Assembly (NCBI GenBank): GCA_964399675.1
Contig: CAYNRK010000005.1
Location: forward strand, 766 to 64,765
Reading direction: 5' to 3'
Origin: an uncultured Gammaproteobacteria bacterium
Lineage (GTDB): Bacteria > Patescibacteriota > Patescibacteriia > UBA9934 > GWF2-40-263
DNA: 64,000 bases
Position numbers and translations under genes: made by a program. The notes beneath the pieces are model-generated. The model was not told the origin of the DNA. It saw only the letters and a list, made by a program, of their open reading frames with translations, and made no database searches. Position 1 is the stretch's first letter. Each line of letters opens with the position of its first letter. Shown here one piece after another: positions 7,805 through 16,643 of this stretch.

Positions 7805-7840
7805 CACCCGAGGAGTTTTTCGGGTGTGAGTCTGGTGTTG
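7805..7840 (-). terminator. Terminator of membrane-protein gene 7861..8670
   Basis: cacccgaggagtttttcgggtg hairpin; minus transcript followed by tttcgtatt. Confidence 0.4.
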
Positions 7841-7860
7841 AGTTGCCCTTTTGGGCGAGC

Positions 7861-8670
7861 CTATGGGTTCGGGCGGAGCCGGATCAGTTCGTTCAGATTC
7901 TGGTCCCAGGTGTGCATCAGCTTGAGCTGCACGATTACGCCACGATGCCCTTCGGAGAATCGCACTTGAAGGGGTGAATCAGCCAGGAGGTGTAGGTCGA
8001 GCGTTTCGAGAAGGTCGATCAGTCGACCACGCATCTTGCGCATGCCTTTGAGCCATTCCGCGTGGTCGTTGAGGTATGACTCAGGGTGAGTCACGTTTTC
8101 TTCGAGCCAGATGACCTCTTTGGCCCAGCGGGCTCTGAGGGTTCGCAGGCCTTTGAACCACGCGCACCTGAAGTCTGGGCTGATGTCGATGAACCTGCGC
8201 ATGAGGTGTCGGTTTTTTTCCGACAACCAGAACGCCAGGTAGTACCCAGCGAACACGGCCGCAAACATCACGAGCAAGATGTGTGCCGGAAAGGCACGTT
8301 CATTCACGAAGCTTGTGAAGCTGATGCCATCGGGCCGTGGACTGCTCAGGATTGCTGCGGTTGTGCCAAAGGCCATGATGAATGTGATGATGCACACCAC
8401 CATGTAGTCTGGCGGTACGTGCGCGATGAGGACAATGACGCCTATCATGTGCAGCAGCGCCAGGACGCGTTGCAGCAAGATGATTCGTTGGGTCCTTTGT
8501 TGTAGCGAACGAGCATGTGCTGGTTGCAGCGAAAGCAGATTGAACAGGTACAGAACACGTGACGTCAGAACATCATCGTTGATCCGCCTGATGTCGAGAG
8601 CGTTAGTAGCGGTGGTTGTCAATTCATTTCCCCTGGAGTGGTTCCTGCCAACGACAAAAGCTATCATCAT
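7861..8670 (-). CDS. Hypothetical integral membrane protein
   Basis: 269-aa ORF in the same orientation and GC-rich block as the paralogs, with several predicted TM helices (VIVLIAHV.., VVCIITFIMAFGTTAAIL, ILLVMFAAVFAGYYLAFWL). No recognisable motifs. Confidence 0.45.
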   Translation of the reverse strand: MMIAFVVGRNHSRGNELTTTATNALDIRRINDDVLTSRVLYLFNLLSLQPAHARSLQQRTQRIILLQRVLALLHMIGVIVLIAHVPPDYMVVCIITFIMAFGTTAAILSSPRPDGISFTSFVNERAFPAHILLVMFAAVFAGYYLAFWLSEKNRHLMRRFIDISPDFRCAWFKGLRTLRARWAKEVIWLEENVTHPESYLNDHAEWLKGMRKMRGRLIDLLETLDLHLLADSPLQVRFSEGHRGVIVQLKLMHTWDQNLNELIRLRPNP

Positions 8671-8697
8671 CCCAGCCTTTTGTCAATTATAGAAAAC

Positions 8698-8730
8698 AAA
8701 AGACCCCCAAAATTTTGGGAGTCTTTTGGT
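8698..8730. promoter_or_regulatory. Dyad cccccaaaattttgggag near the promoter of 7861..8670
   Basis: Near-palindrome aagaccccc-aaaatttt-gggagtctt next to cttttgtcaat (rc attgacaaaag, -35-like). Same CCCAAAA-TTTGGG core as 3547..3575. Confidence 0.3.
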
Positions 8731-9228
8731 GTCTCAGGATATGTCTGTAAGCCGAATTTTGTCTTCCCTTGGTTTTCACCAAGAGGAGGTGGAAATCTAT
8801 CTAGCCTGACCATTGCTGGCCAGATCATGCGAGCTACCAAATTTGCTCTTACACCGGAAAGGGTTTGCCACGTCTCCATGTCACCATGGGACGAAACATG
8901 TAGCAGATGAAATAAATCTCAACCACACCATGTCACTTTTCACGTTTCATTCAGCCGAAGCTGAACTAGTATCGTCTCTGCGGCACTTTCCCTAGGCTTA
9001 AGTTCAGATGCCAAGGAGTGAATAAATCCAACTCCTCGATTTCTGATTTGTATACCCGGTCGCCGTTAGCGACTTTCCTTTTTTTGTAAGGTTGCCCTAT
9101 ACAAAGGTGTTCGGACTTTCCTCGTATCCACAAAGGACACGTATCCACCCGACATTCCTGGGACGCGGAGATAGTACCAAAGATAGGACAAAAAGTCAAG
9201 GTTGTTTACTTTAATTAAGTTAAAACGA

Positions 9229-9262
9229 AAACCCGCCGTTGCTCCTTCGGAGCTATGGCGGG
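9229..9262 (-). terminator. Terminator of 9316..10335
   Basis: cccgccgttgctccttcggagctatggcggg hairpin; minus transcript followed by ttttcgtttt. Confidence 0.45.
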
Positions 9263-9315
9263 CAGGCGCGCTCTTGGCGCGTTGAGTGGGGTCGTGTTTT
9301 TTGAAACTGTCTTTG

Positions 9316-10335
9316 TCAGGCAGCTTCTTCCAGTTGGCTGTAGTCTTGCGTGGCGTTGAAGGCTTCGATCCTTCGGACGATCTCTCCATCACCTTCTCGG
9401 ATGAAGCTTCCGCCTTTGCAAGCCAGGCCCTCGTCGTCCAGACCAACGAAGATAGTGATGCCGCGTCCTTCGCCGTACTGTACTGCCTTGACCACGTTGA
9501 CTAGACGCGGCGGAGTGAACGAACCGTCCTTGAGTGCTGTTTCAAGCGGAGTGCCGCTAGCAGCAAACGTTGGGTTCAGGTGCATGGAGATGACTGCGCC
9601 AGGAATGCGATCCTGAATTCGGCTCAGGTAGTCGATTGCAGCCTGGATGTCAGCGACAGCTTCCTCTTCTGTCATGCCAGGCACTGGCTTGAACATGAAG
9701 TAGCACTTGGTATGGAAACCGTGCTTGGCAAGTCTTGCAACCAGCCTTTCGAACTGGTTGAGCGGAAGTCCTTTGAGAAAGACCCGCTCTCTGATTTGAT
9801 TGTCAAAGGCCTCGAATCCGACTGCGACTTCGAACGTGGTTGGGGTCTGCCCCTCGTCCACTGCCCGCCTGACGAATTCGAGCTCAGCGTCGTCCACGTA
9901 CTCTGCACGCGACTCAAACGAGAGAACCGCCATGTTGGGCAAGTGCTTGTTGCACATTGCAATGAAGTAGACGAGCGCAGCTGAGGAAAAGGTCTTCTGG
10001 TCAAGGACTGAGCCTTGGTTGCTGACGATTACCTTTCTGATCTTTTGGGCTCGAGTCTTGATCTCGTGGTGGTTGAACAGGTATTTGACCTGCTCCATGA
10101 TGTCCTCGAAACCGATGTGGTTTCGTGATGCTGTTGACGGCAGGTTGCAGCTAATGCATCTTTGCCATCTGCACGCTTGGGTGTGGAAGATCACGAACAG
10201 GACCAGGCCCTCGTGCGAGTTCTGGAAGAAGAACCTTACCGGACGAGTTGGGTCATGGTTGTCGTCAAACTCGTGAGTCTTGCCAACTGCCTTGTGGCCG
10301 CGTTCGATCCTTTGGCGTGTAGTTTCGTGTGGCAT
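9316..10335 (-). CDS. Putative radical-SAM-like enzyme (noncanonical CX4CX2C cluster)
   Basis: 339-aa GC-rich ORF. N-terminal HTQACRWQRCISCNL (Cys-x4-Cys-x2-Cys) followed by Gly-rich/TIM-barrel-like segments. Family assignment is uncertain; possibly a TIGR01210/RaSEA-like archaeosine-type radical SAM enzyme. Confidence 0.35.
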   Translation of the reverse strand: MPHETTRQRIERGHKAVGKTHEFDDNHDPTRPVRFFFQNSHEGLVLFVIFHTQACRWQRCISCNLPSTASRNHIGFEDIMEQVKYLFNHHEIKTRAQKIRKVIVSNQGSVLDQKTFSSAALVYFIAMCNKHLPNMAVLSFESRAEYVDDAELEFVRRAVDEGQTPTTFEVAVGFEAFDNQIRERVFLKGLPLNQFERLVARLAKHGFHTKCYFMFKPVPGMTEEEAVADIQAAIDYLSRIQDRIPGAVISMHLNPTFAASGTPLETALKDGSFTPPRLVNVVKAVQYGEGRGITIFVGLDDEGLACKGGSFIREGDGEIVRRIEAFNATQDYSQLEEAA

Positions 10336-10417
10336 TTCAAGCTCCCATGTTCAAAGAGCGTTCGGACGATTCCGAAGGTCGACTTTAGGGAAATTATCAA
10401 TTTTTGTCAATGCAAAT

Positions 10418-10447
10418 CAAAAACAGAGGATAACCTCTGTTTTTTTG
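10418..10447. terminator. Bidirectional rho-independent terminator (trpS 3' end)
   Basis: aaaaacagagg-ataa-cctctgttttttt with A-run and T-run on either side, 2 nt from the trpS stop. Confidence 0.6.
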
Positions 10448-10448
10448 T

Positions 10449-11432
10449 TTAAAGTTGAACTCCGATTTTTTTTCTAACTTCTACCATCTTTTTGCTTGCC
10501 ATCTTTTCCGCTTTTTTCGCTCCATCTGCTAAGACCTTTTTGAGCTTGTCTTCATCCTTTAGATAATCATTGATTTTTTCTTGGAGCGGAGTGAGGAATT
10601 CTGTTATGCGGGCTGCAAGGTCTTTTTTAAAGTCACCGTAACCTTTTCCATTAAATTTTTTCTCAATCGTTTTTATATCTTCATTTGTCACAAGTGCGTA
10701 GATTGTCAGAAGATTTGCCAAACCTTTTCTTGATTCATCGTAGACAATGGTTGATTCAGAATCAGTTACAGCACTTGCAATTTTTTTTGCAACGGTTTTT
10801 TCATCATCCATGAGGGAGATAAAGTTTTTCTCACTTGGTGCCGACTTTGACATTTTGTGATCTGGATCATCAAGCCCCAGAATGCGCGCGCCTTGTTTTC
10901 TGATTTGTGGTTTTGGAACAACAAAAGTTTCACCAAATCGATTATTGAATTTTTCTGCCAGATCTCTTGTGAGTTCAATATGTTGTTTTTGATCATCGCC
11001 AATTGGGACAATTTCAGTGTCATACAAAAGAATGTCCGCTGCCATTAAGACCGGATAATCGAATAGGCCAACGAAGTTATTTAATAGTTTCAACTTCTTA
11101 TCTTTATATTGTGTCATCCGTTCGAGTTCGCCCATTGTCGTTATGCAATTTAGTACCCATGCAAGTTCAGTGTGTTCTTGAACTGCTGACTGTTGAAATA
11201 GAATTGTTTTTTCAGGATCAACCCCGGCAGCTAAATAAGCTGCTGTTCCAAAAAGAATATTTTTGCGAAGATCTTTTGGATCTTGTGGAACAGTAATTGC
11301 GTGGTAATCAACAACAAATAAAAAATTTTCGTTTCCAGAATTCTGAAACTCAACAAATGGTTCCATGGCTCCGAAATAGTTTCCAATATGGAGCATTCCG
11401 GAAGGTTGTAGTGCGGTTAGTACTCTTGCCAT
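10449..11432 (-). CDS. trpS: Tryptophan--tRNA ligase
   Basis: Class I aaRS with the GNYFG HIGH-like region (LHIGNYFGA) and KMSKS (HKMSKSAP). Typical TrpRS length of 327 aa. Confidence 0.9.
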   Translation of the reverse strand: MARVLTALQPSGMLHIGNYFGAMEPFVEFQNSGNENFLFVVDYHAITVPQDPKDLRKNILFGTAAYLAAGVDPEKTILFQQSAVQEHTELAWVLNCITTMGELERMTQYKDKKLKLLNNFVGLFDYPVLMAADILLYDTEIVPIGDDQKQHIELTRDLAEKFNNRFGETFVVPKPQIRKQGARILGLDDPDHKMSKSAPSEKNFISLMDDEKTVAKKIASAVTDSESTIVYDESRKGLANLLTIYALVTNEDIKTIEKKFNGKGYGDFKKDLAARITEFLTPLQEKINDYLKDEDKLKKVLADGAKKAEKMASKKMVEVRKKIGVQL

Positions 11433-11461
11433 ATGTCCATTATCCTAACAGTTCTTTTTTA

Positions 11462-11490
11462 AAAAGAAAACACCCCTTGCGGGGCATTTT
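11462..11490. terminator. Terminator between rnj and trpS
   Basis: caccccttgcggggca hairpin flanked by T/A runs (aaaaagaaaa ... ttttcttaa). Confidence 0.5.
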
Positions 11491-11491
11491 C

Positions 11492-13354
11492 TTAAACTTC
11501 TATAATCACTGGCAAGATCATTGGTCTGCGTTCTGTTTTCTTAAACAAGAATTTTCCAATCTTATCTCTTATTTGATTACGAATGTGTTTTGGATCTGAA
11601 ACAGATTTTGGATCATTGTCTATAAGAATTTTTCTTACTTCTTTGCGAGTTGCATCAATGAGATCTTTGTGTTCTTTCATAAAGATGAATCCGCGACTGA
11701 TAATATCCGGACTGCCAACAAGTTTTCCAGATCGTTTTTGAATCTGTACGATCACCATGACCATGCCGTCTTCTGCAAGCATTTGTCTGTCACGCAGCAC
11801 TACCTGACTAACATCTCCAACACCAAGTCCATCAACAAACACATAATGAGTCGGCACTTTGTCTTTTTTCAGCACCCCATGTTTTTTTGTGAACTCCATG
11901 ATTTGTCCATTATCAACAACGAACACATGATCTTCATCCCATCCCATTGAGTATGCCACTTGGGCATTCTCTCGAAGCAAGAAATGGTTTCCTGCAATTG
12001 GGACATAGTATTGAGGTTTAAACAACGCAAGCATGAGCTTGATGTCTTCTTGTTTTGCGTGTCCACCTGCGTGCACATCCATCATGCGGTAATTAATCAC
12101 CTTGGCTTCTTTTCGATAGAGTGTGTCCATGAGTCGTTGAACAGTTGCTTCGTTTCCTGGAATGACCGAGCTGGAAAAGATCACGGTATCGGTCTTTCTA
12201 ATTTTAACAGAGCGATGTTCATTGTTTGCAATGCGGTTAAGCGCTGCTCGTTTTTCTCCTTGAGCACCTGTGCAAATAAGAACGACTTTATTTTCAGGAT
12301 AGCTGTCCATTTGTTCAGGAGTAATTAGAGTTGATTGAGCGCATTTGATGTAGCCTAATTGTTTGGAGATTTCCACGTTTGTTTTCATGGAGTATCCATC
12401 GATTGCTACTTTTTTACCAAGTCGTTCTGAAGCCTCAATAATTTGTTTTACACGAGACAAAAGCGATGCAAATGTTCCAATGATCACGCGCCCTTTTGCA
12501 TTTTCAATAATTGCTTTAAGTTCTTCTCCAATGACTTTTTCAGACACTTGCTGTCCGGGACTGTTTGCATTGGTTGAATCTCCCATTAAGCACAGAACAC
12601 CTTTTTTTCCAATTTCAGCAATGTGCTGAAAGTCTGCATGTTCTGTACCAGATGGGTGGAAGTCAAACTTCCAATCACCAGTGTGACAAACAGTTCCAGC
12701 AGGTGTGTCAACCACGATTCCAAAAGAGTCTGGGATACTGTGGTTGATGTGAAAGAAGGAAACAGTGAAGCTTCCAAGCTTTAGCACGTCACTTGTTTTT
12801 GTTGGTTTGATGTTTAACTTTTGTGTATGGAAGTCCTCTTGGCGGCGTTTAATAATTGCGGCCGAGAGTGGTAGCGCAAAGATCGGTGGGTTTCCAATAT
12901 TTGGAATTGTGTGCGGGATTGCGCCAATGTGGTCATAGTGACCGTGGGTAATGATGACACCTTTTACGTTCTTCTCTTTTCCTTTGAGGTATGACATGTT
13001 TGGAATTATATAGTCAACTCCGGGCATGTCTTCCTCTGGGAACTGAAGTCCCATGTCAATCATTATGATGTCGTTTTTGTATTCAAGAAGGGTACAGTTA
13101 CGACCAACTTCTTCGCAGCCACCAAGTACCATGACGCGAAGCTTGTCACCTGTGGGCCCCTTGAATGTTTTAGTTTGCACCTGCCCTTGTTTTGTTGCAG
13201 GAGCTTTGGTTGTTTTACTTTGAGCAGAACCAGGCTTTGCGCGAAATACACGGCCTTTGAATTTCGAAGGGCCGCGTGTTCCTCGAGAGCTTGGTTTCTT
13301 ACCCGAGCGACTGCCTGATCGGCTGTGTCGCGCAGGTTTCTTTTTTTGAACCAT
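11492..13354 (-). CDS. rnj: Ribonuclease J
   Basis: Metallo-beta-lactamase motif ITHGHYDHIGA, beta-CASP region and C-terminal domain. ~75-aa Lys/Arg/Ser-rich N-terminal extension. Confidence 0.9.
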   Translation of the reverse strand: MVQKKKPARHSRSGSRSGKKPSSRGTRGPSKFKGRVFRAKPGSAQSKTTKAPATKQGQVQTKTFKGPTGDKLRVMVLGGCEEVGRNCTLLEYKNDIIMIDMGLQFPEEDMPGVDYIIPNMSYLKGKEKNVKGVIITHGHYDHIGAIPHTIPNIGNPPIFALPLSAAIIKRRQEDFHTQKLNIKPTKTSDVLKLGSFTVSFFHINHSIPDSFGIVVDTPAGTVCHTGDWKFDFHPSGTEHADFQHIAEIGKKGVLCLMGDSTNANSPGQQVSEKVIGEELKAIIENAKGRVIIGTFASLLSRVKQIIEASERLGKKVAIDGYSMKTNVEISKQLGYIKCAQSTLITPEQMDSYPENKVVLICTGAQGEKRAALNRIANNEHRSVKIRKTDTVIFSSSVIPGNEATVQRLMDTLYRKEAKVINYRMMDVHAGGHAKQEDIKLMLALFKPQYYVPIAGNHFLLRENAQVAYSMGWDEDHVFVVDNGQIMEFTKKHGVLKKDKVPTHYVFVDGLGVGDVSQVVLRDRQMLAEDGMVMVIVQIQKRSGKLVGSPDIISRGFIFMKEHKDLIDATRKEVRKILIDNDPKSVSDPKHIRNQIRDKIGKFLFKKTERRPMILPVIIEV

Positions 13355-13584
13355 ATTTTTTAGTAATCAATAAAATAGAAATATAGTAGAAATATAGTAG
13401 AAATAAAATTGAAATAAGTTGTTTGTAAACAATCTATTTCTATTTGTTTCAATTTATTTCTGTATATTTCTCTTTCCAATTTTTTCCTTCAATTGTTAAA
13501 GAACATACTCTCTCCTTACATGTACGTGATCTTTTTGCAATGCACATTTGTGCGCTGAATAAAAAACCATCTACTTTTTACGGA

Positions 13585-13640
13585 GATTGCCGCGTCGGCC
13601 CGTCTGACGGGCCTCCTCGCAATGACGCAGTGTGTTTTTA
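13585..13640. repeat. Partial inverted copy of the gcgtcattgcgaggagg element
   Basis: The rc cactgcgtcattgcgaggaggcccgtcagacgggccgacgcggcaatctccg matches the left half of 5216..5332. Confidence 0.35.
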
Positions 13641-13706
13641 TTATACGTTTTTTCCTAACAATAGGAAAGAATACTATCATGAATTGTTTATTTTGTCAAA
13701 GATTCG

Positions 13707-13793
13707 TGGTGGGCGAGGAGGGACTCGAACCCTCACGAGGAAACCTCACTACGCCCTGAACGTAGCGCGTCTACCAGTTCCGCCACTCGCCCA
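13707..13793 (-). tRNA. tRNA-Leu (anticodon CAG), CCA encoded
   Basis: The rc folds as GGGCGAG / D-arm GCGG..AACTGGTAGA / anticodon stem CTACG-TTCAGGG-CGTAG (anticodon CAG) / long variable arm GAGGTTTCCTC / T-arm GAGGG-TTCGAGT-CCCTC / CTCGCCC-A-CCA. Confidence 0.85.
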
Positions 13794-13797
13794 ACAT

Positions 13798-15420
13798 TTA
13801 TTTCAAAGCCTTCTTTGTCTTGATATACCAATTTTCAATTCCTGCGAACCTGTCAGAAGCAACGCCAATTTTTTGAAGATCAATATTTTGAATTCTGTCT
13901 GTAACTGCATATCCATATGTTGATTCATATAAATGAACGTATGGGATATCAGTTGCCAGTTGTTCTTTAAAGAGATTTATATTTTCATTTCGTGTTTCTT
14001 CATCTGTTGCTGTTCGGGCTTTTTCTAACCACGAGTCCACCTTGTCGTTTTTATATCCGGCAAGATTAAGTCCGGGCTTTTTTGTTTGAGACGAGTGCCA
14101 GAAGAAATAATAATCCGGATCTGGAGTAAGCAGTATTGCAGTCAGGAGAATCTCAAAATTTCGCGGTTCAAGCACGTTTGTGAAAAAGAGTTCTTTTGGA
14201 ACAAGGTTAATCTCAATATTAAAGTTTAAAGGCTCAAGTTTATTCTTAATGCTTTCGGCCTGGAGTCGAAGTTCTTCGCTGTCAACTGTTGTGAGTGTTA
14301 TTGTTTCTTTCTCTTCGCCCAGGCTGAAGCCTGGGGCTACCTCATCTAGAATTTTTTCAATATCTTGTCTAACGCTTTTCTTTTTTAATGGCTCGCTTAA
14401 TTTTTGATTGAAAAGCAGCACTACATTTCTTGGTTGCGTTGGTTCATAGAGGTTAACAGAACGCAGGTTTCTTACTTGATCCAAAGATTCAAAAGGCACA
14501 TACGCAACACCTTCAACATGCTTTTCTTCAAGTGCGTTAATGGCAGTTTGTGAATCAGGGTAGAATTTAAATGTCAGACGTTCAAGGAACGCTGGGTTAT
14601 CATAGTAGTCCTCGTTTCGTTCCAGTGTGTATGATCGGATTGAACCTTTTTTGTCTTTTGTAAATTCTGCGAATTTGTATGGGCCACTTCCGATTGGTTG
14701 AATGTTGTAGGTAGCAAGCGGTGCGTTTTGCGGCAGAATTTCTGCCCATAGACTTGCAGGCAAAATACCAACAGTGAGTTGATCCTTGAAATGATAAAAA
14801 GGTTCTTCAAGAATGAATGAGATTGTTTTGTCATCAACTTGCAAGACACTGACATTTGCAAAAGAACTGGCAAGCGGGCTTCTGTAAGAAGTGTTTTGAA
14901 TTACACTTATAGTAAACAAAACATCTCTGGCTCTGACTTCCTCGCCATTATGGAATCGAGCGTTGTCTTTGATTTTTATTGTGTAAGTTTTTCCGTCCTC
15001 GCTTACTTCAAACGACTCAGCAAGATCAAGAATAAGTCCTTTGTCCTGATCCCATTTAAGAAGTCCTGAATAGATTAGTGATGCAAGATCAGCATCTACA
15101 TCGCTTGTGCGACCGTAGATAGGATTTATGAGTTGTGGTTCACCAATGAGTGCTTCTGTGTATTCACCTCCAACAGCTGGAATTACAACACGGTTCATAA
15201 CAACATATCCAATGATTAACATCAGAACTGACAACACTATCACGCCAAACGCGAATTTGATTACAGTTGATTCAGAGCCATTGAGAATATTGGGAAGTTG
15301 TTTCCATTGCGCCCAGCTTGGCATTGATTTTGTTTTGGACACGGAAAAAACCTGAGCTAATGTCAGGTTTTTGGTTTCATCAGTTGGTTTTCGTTTAAAA
15401 AAACGGATGAGGAATTTCAT
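13798..15420 (-). CDS. ABC transporter substrate-binding protein, family 5 (oligopeptide/nickel type)
   Basis: 540 aa with an N-terminal TM anchor, then an SBP_bac_5-like sequence (..YSGLLKWDQDKGLILDLAESFEVSEDGKTYTIKIKDNARFHNGEEV..). Confidence 0.7.
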   Translation of the reverse strand: MKFLIRFFKRKPTDETKNLTLAQVFSVSKTKSMPSWAQWKQLPNILNGSESTVIKFAFGVIVLSVLMLIIGYVVMNRVVIPAVGGEYTEALIGEPQLINPIYGRTSDVDADLASLIYSGLLKWDQDKGLILDLAESFEVSEDGKTYTIKIKDNARFHNGEEVRARDVLFTISVIQNTSYRSPLASSFANVSVLQVDDKTISFILEEPFYHFKDQLTVGILPASLWAEILPQNAPLATYNIQPIGSGPYKFAEFTKDKKGSIRSYTLERNEDYYDNPAFLERLTFKFYPDSQTAINALEEKHVEGVAYVPFESLDQVRNLRSVNLYEPTQPRNVVLLFNQKLSEPLKKKSVRQDIEKILDEVAPGFSLGEEKETITLTTVDSEELRLQAESIKNKLEPLNFNIEINLVPKELFFTNVLEPRNFEILLTAILLTPDPDYYFFWHSSQTKKPGLNLAGYKNDKVDSWLEKARTATDEETRNENINLFKEQLATDIPYVHLYESTYGYAVTDRIQNIDLQKIGVASDRFAGIENWYIKTKKALK

Positions 15421-15437
15421 TCGATCGCAGAATGCGA

Positions 15438-15659
15438 TTATAACAGTGCGTTTGCAAGAGCGATGCCGAAAAACAGAATCGCTATCACAATTGTGAGCTG
15501 ATGAATTTTTTTCTCAGCTCCACGTTTTGTGCGGTACACATTACCTCCTCCTCCAAAGGCAGCACCAAGTCCTGTGCCGCTTGCCTGTATCATAATGGCA
15601 ACAATAAGGAGCACTGCAAGGACTATTTGAGAAATATCGAGAATGAGTTCAAGATTCAT
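15438..15659 (-). CDS. secG: Preprotein translocase subunit SecG
   Basis: MNLELILDISQIVLAVLLIVAIMIQASGTGLGAAFGGGGNVYRTKRGAEKKIHQLTIVIAILFFGIALANALL shows the typical SecG two-TM architecture with the Gly-rich loop. Start trimmed to the internal ATG (the ORF track begins 16 codons upstream). Confidence 0.7.
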   Translation of the reverse strand: MNLELILDISQIVLAVLLIVAIMIQASGTGLGAAFGGGGNVYRTKRGAEKKIHQLTIVIAILFFGIALANALL

Positions 15660-15902
15660 AGGTGTTTTTAACGCAGGAACTCTAACAAAGCGTTGGCTTT
15701 TCGTCAATGCTTTAACTTTTTTGGTGTAGCAAAGCGTTTCATTCCTTTTCCACTCATGCGCATTTTAGTTTTCTTTTTCTTTTCCCTGCGCTCTGCACGT
15801 TTTTTTTCTTTTGCTTCTGCGTTGTTCATAGGTCTTATAGGTCAAATAGGACCTATTTGATTTCTGATAAGGGTTTCATTTATATGATATACTTTTTACT
15901 AT

Positions 15903-16643
15903 ATGAACGCCACGCCAGATGTGGTTGAGAATCAAAAAAGAAGTTGGATTGCAACGATCATAACTCTCGTTGTGCTTTTGGGTCTTGGTGCGTTTGCATG
16001 GAAAGTTGTTCGTTATGCTGATCTAATTAGTTCAGGTGAAATAAATACACTTGTTCAAGAACTTGATGGAACATATTCAGCCAGTGTTGTCCTTTCAACT
16101 ACCCCTATCCCAGACGGTGAGTTTGATGTATTAAGCACGGATGATCCTACATTGGGTGTTTCAAATGCGCCTGTTACTATTGTTGAGTTTGCAGATTTTG
16201 GCTGTCCTTATTCTCGTAGGTCAAGTTTGGTGATGAGAGAACTTGCAATGGAATATCCAACTTACATTAATTACACCTATCGTGACTTTCCGCTTGTTGA
16301 GCTTTATCCTTTTGCAAACAAGGCTGCTGAAGCAGGTCAGTGTGCGCATGATCAAGGAAAGTTTTGGGAGTATCATGACAAGTTGTATCAGAACCAAAAC
16401 AGACTTGATGAACAAGCGCTTTTTGATTTTGCATCGTCACTTAATATGAACACTCGTTTATTTAAGTCATGTCTTGAATCAGGAAAATACACAGAGGAGG
16501 TTCAAAAAGATTATGAAGATGGTGTTGAGGCTGGTGTCCGTGGCACACCAACATTTTTTATTAATGGCAATAGAGTTTCTGGGAGCATTCCAAAGGATGT
16601 GTTAGATCAAATCATCCAAAGTATTGTAAAGAATAGTTTATGA
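15903..16643 (+). CDS. DsbA-family thioredoxin-fold protein with a CPYS (CXXS) active-site motif, membrane-anchored
   Basis: N-terminal TM. VTIVEFADFGCPYSRRS sits at the position of the DsbA CPHC motif, but the second Cys is Ser. C-terminal GTPTFFINGNRVSG is a typical DsbA cis-Pro region. Its stop overlaps the start of 16640..18091 (ATGA). Confidence 0.7.
   Translation: MNATPDVVENQKRSWIATIITLVVLLGLGAFAWKVVRYADLISSGEINTLVQELDGTYSASVVLSTTPIPDGEFDVLSTDDPTLGVSNAPVTIVEFADFGCPYSRRSSLVMRELAMEYPTYINYTYRDFPLVELYPFANKAAEAGQCAHDQGKFWEYHDKLYQNQNRLDEQALFDFASSLNMNTRLFKSCLESGKYTEEVQKDYEDGVEAGVRGTPTFFINGNRVSGSIPKDVLDQIIQSIVKNSL

Noticed and set aside
13372-13400. Short tandem repeat tagaaatatag x2 upstream of rnj
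   Set aside because: Only two copies in AT-rich intergenic DNA; likely incidental.
15723-15828. 41-aa highly basic minus-strand ORF (MNNAEAKEKKRAERREKKKKTKMRMSGKGMKRFATPKKLKH) upstream of secG
   Set aside because: Too short and too low in complexity to assign. It could be a small ribosomal-like or leader peptide, but there is no recognisable family match; left uncalled.
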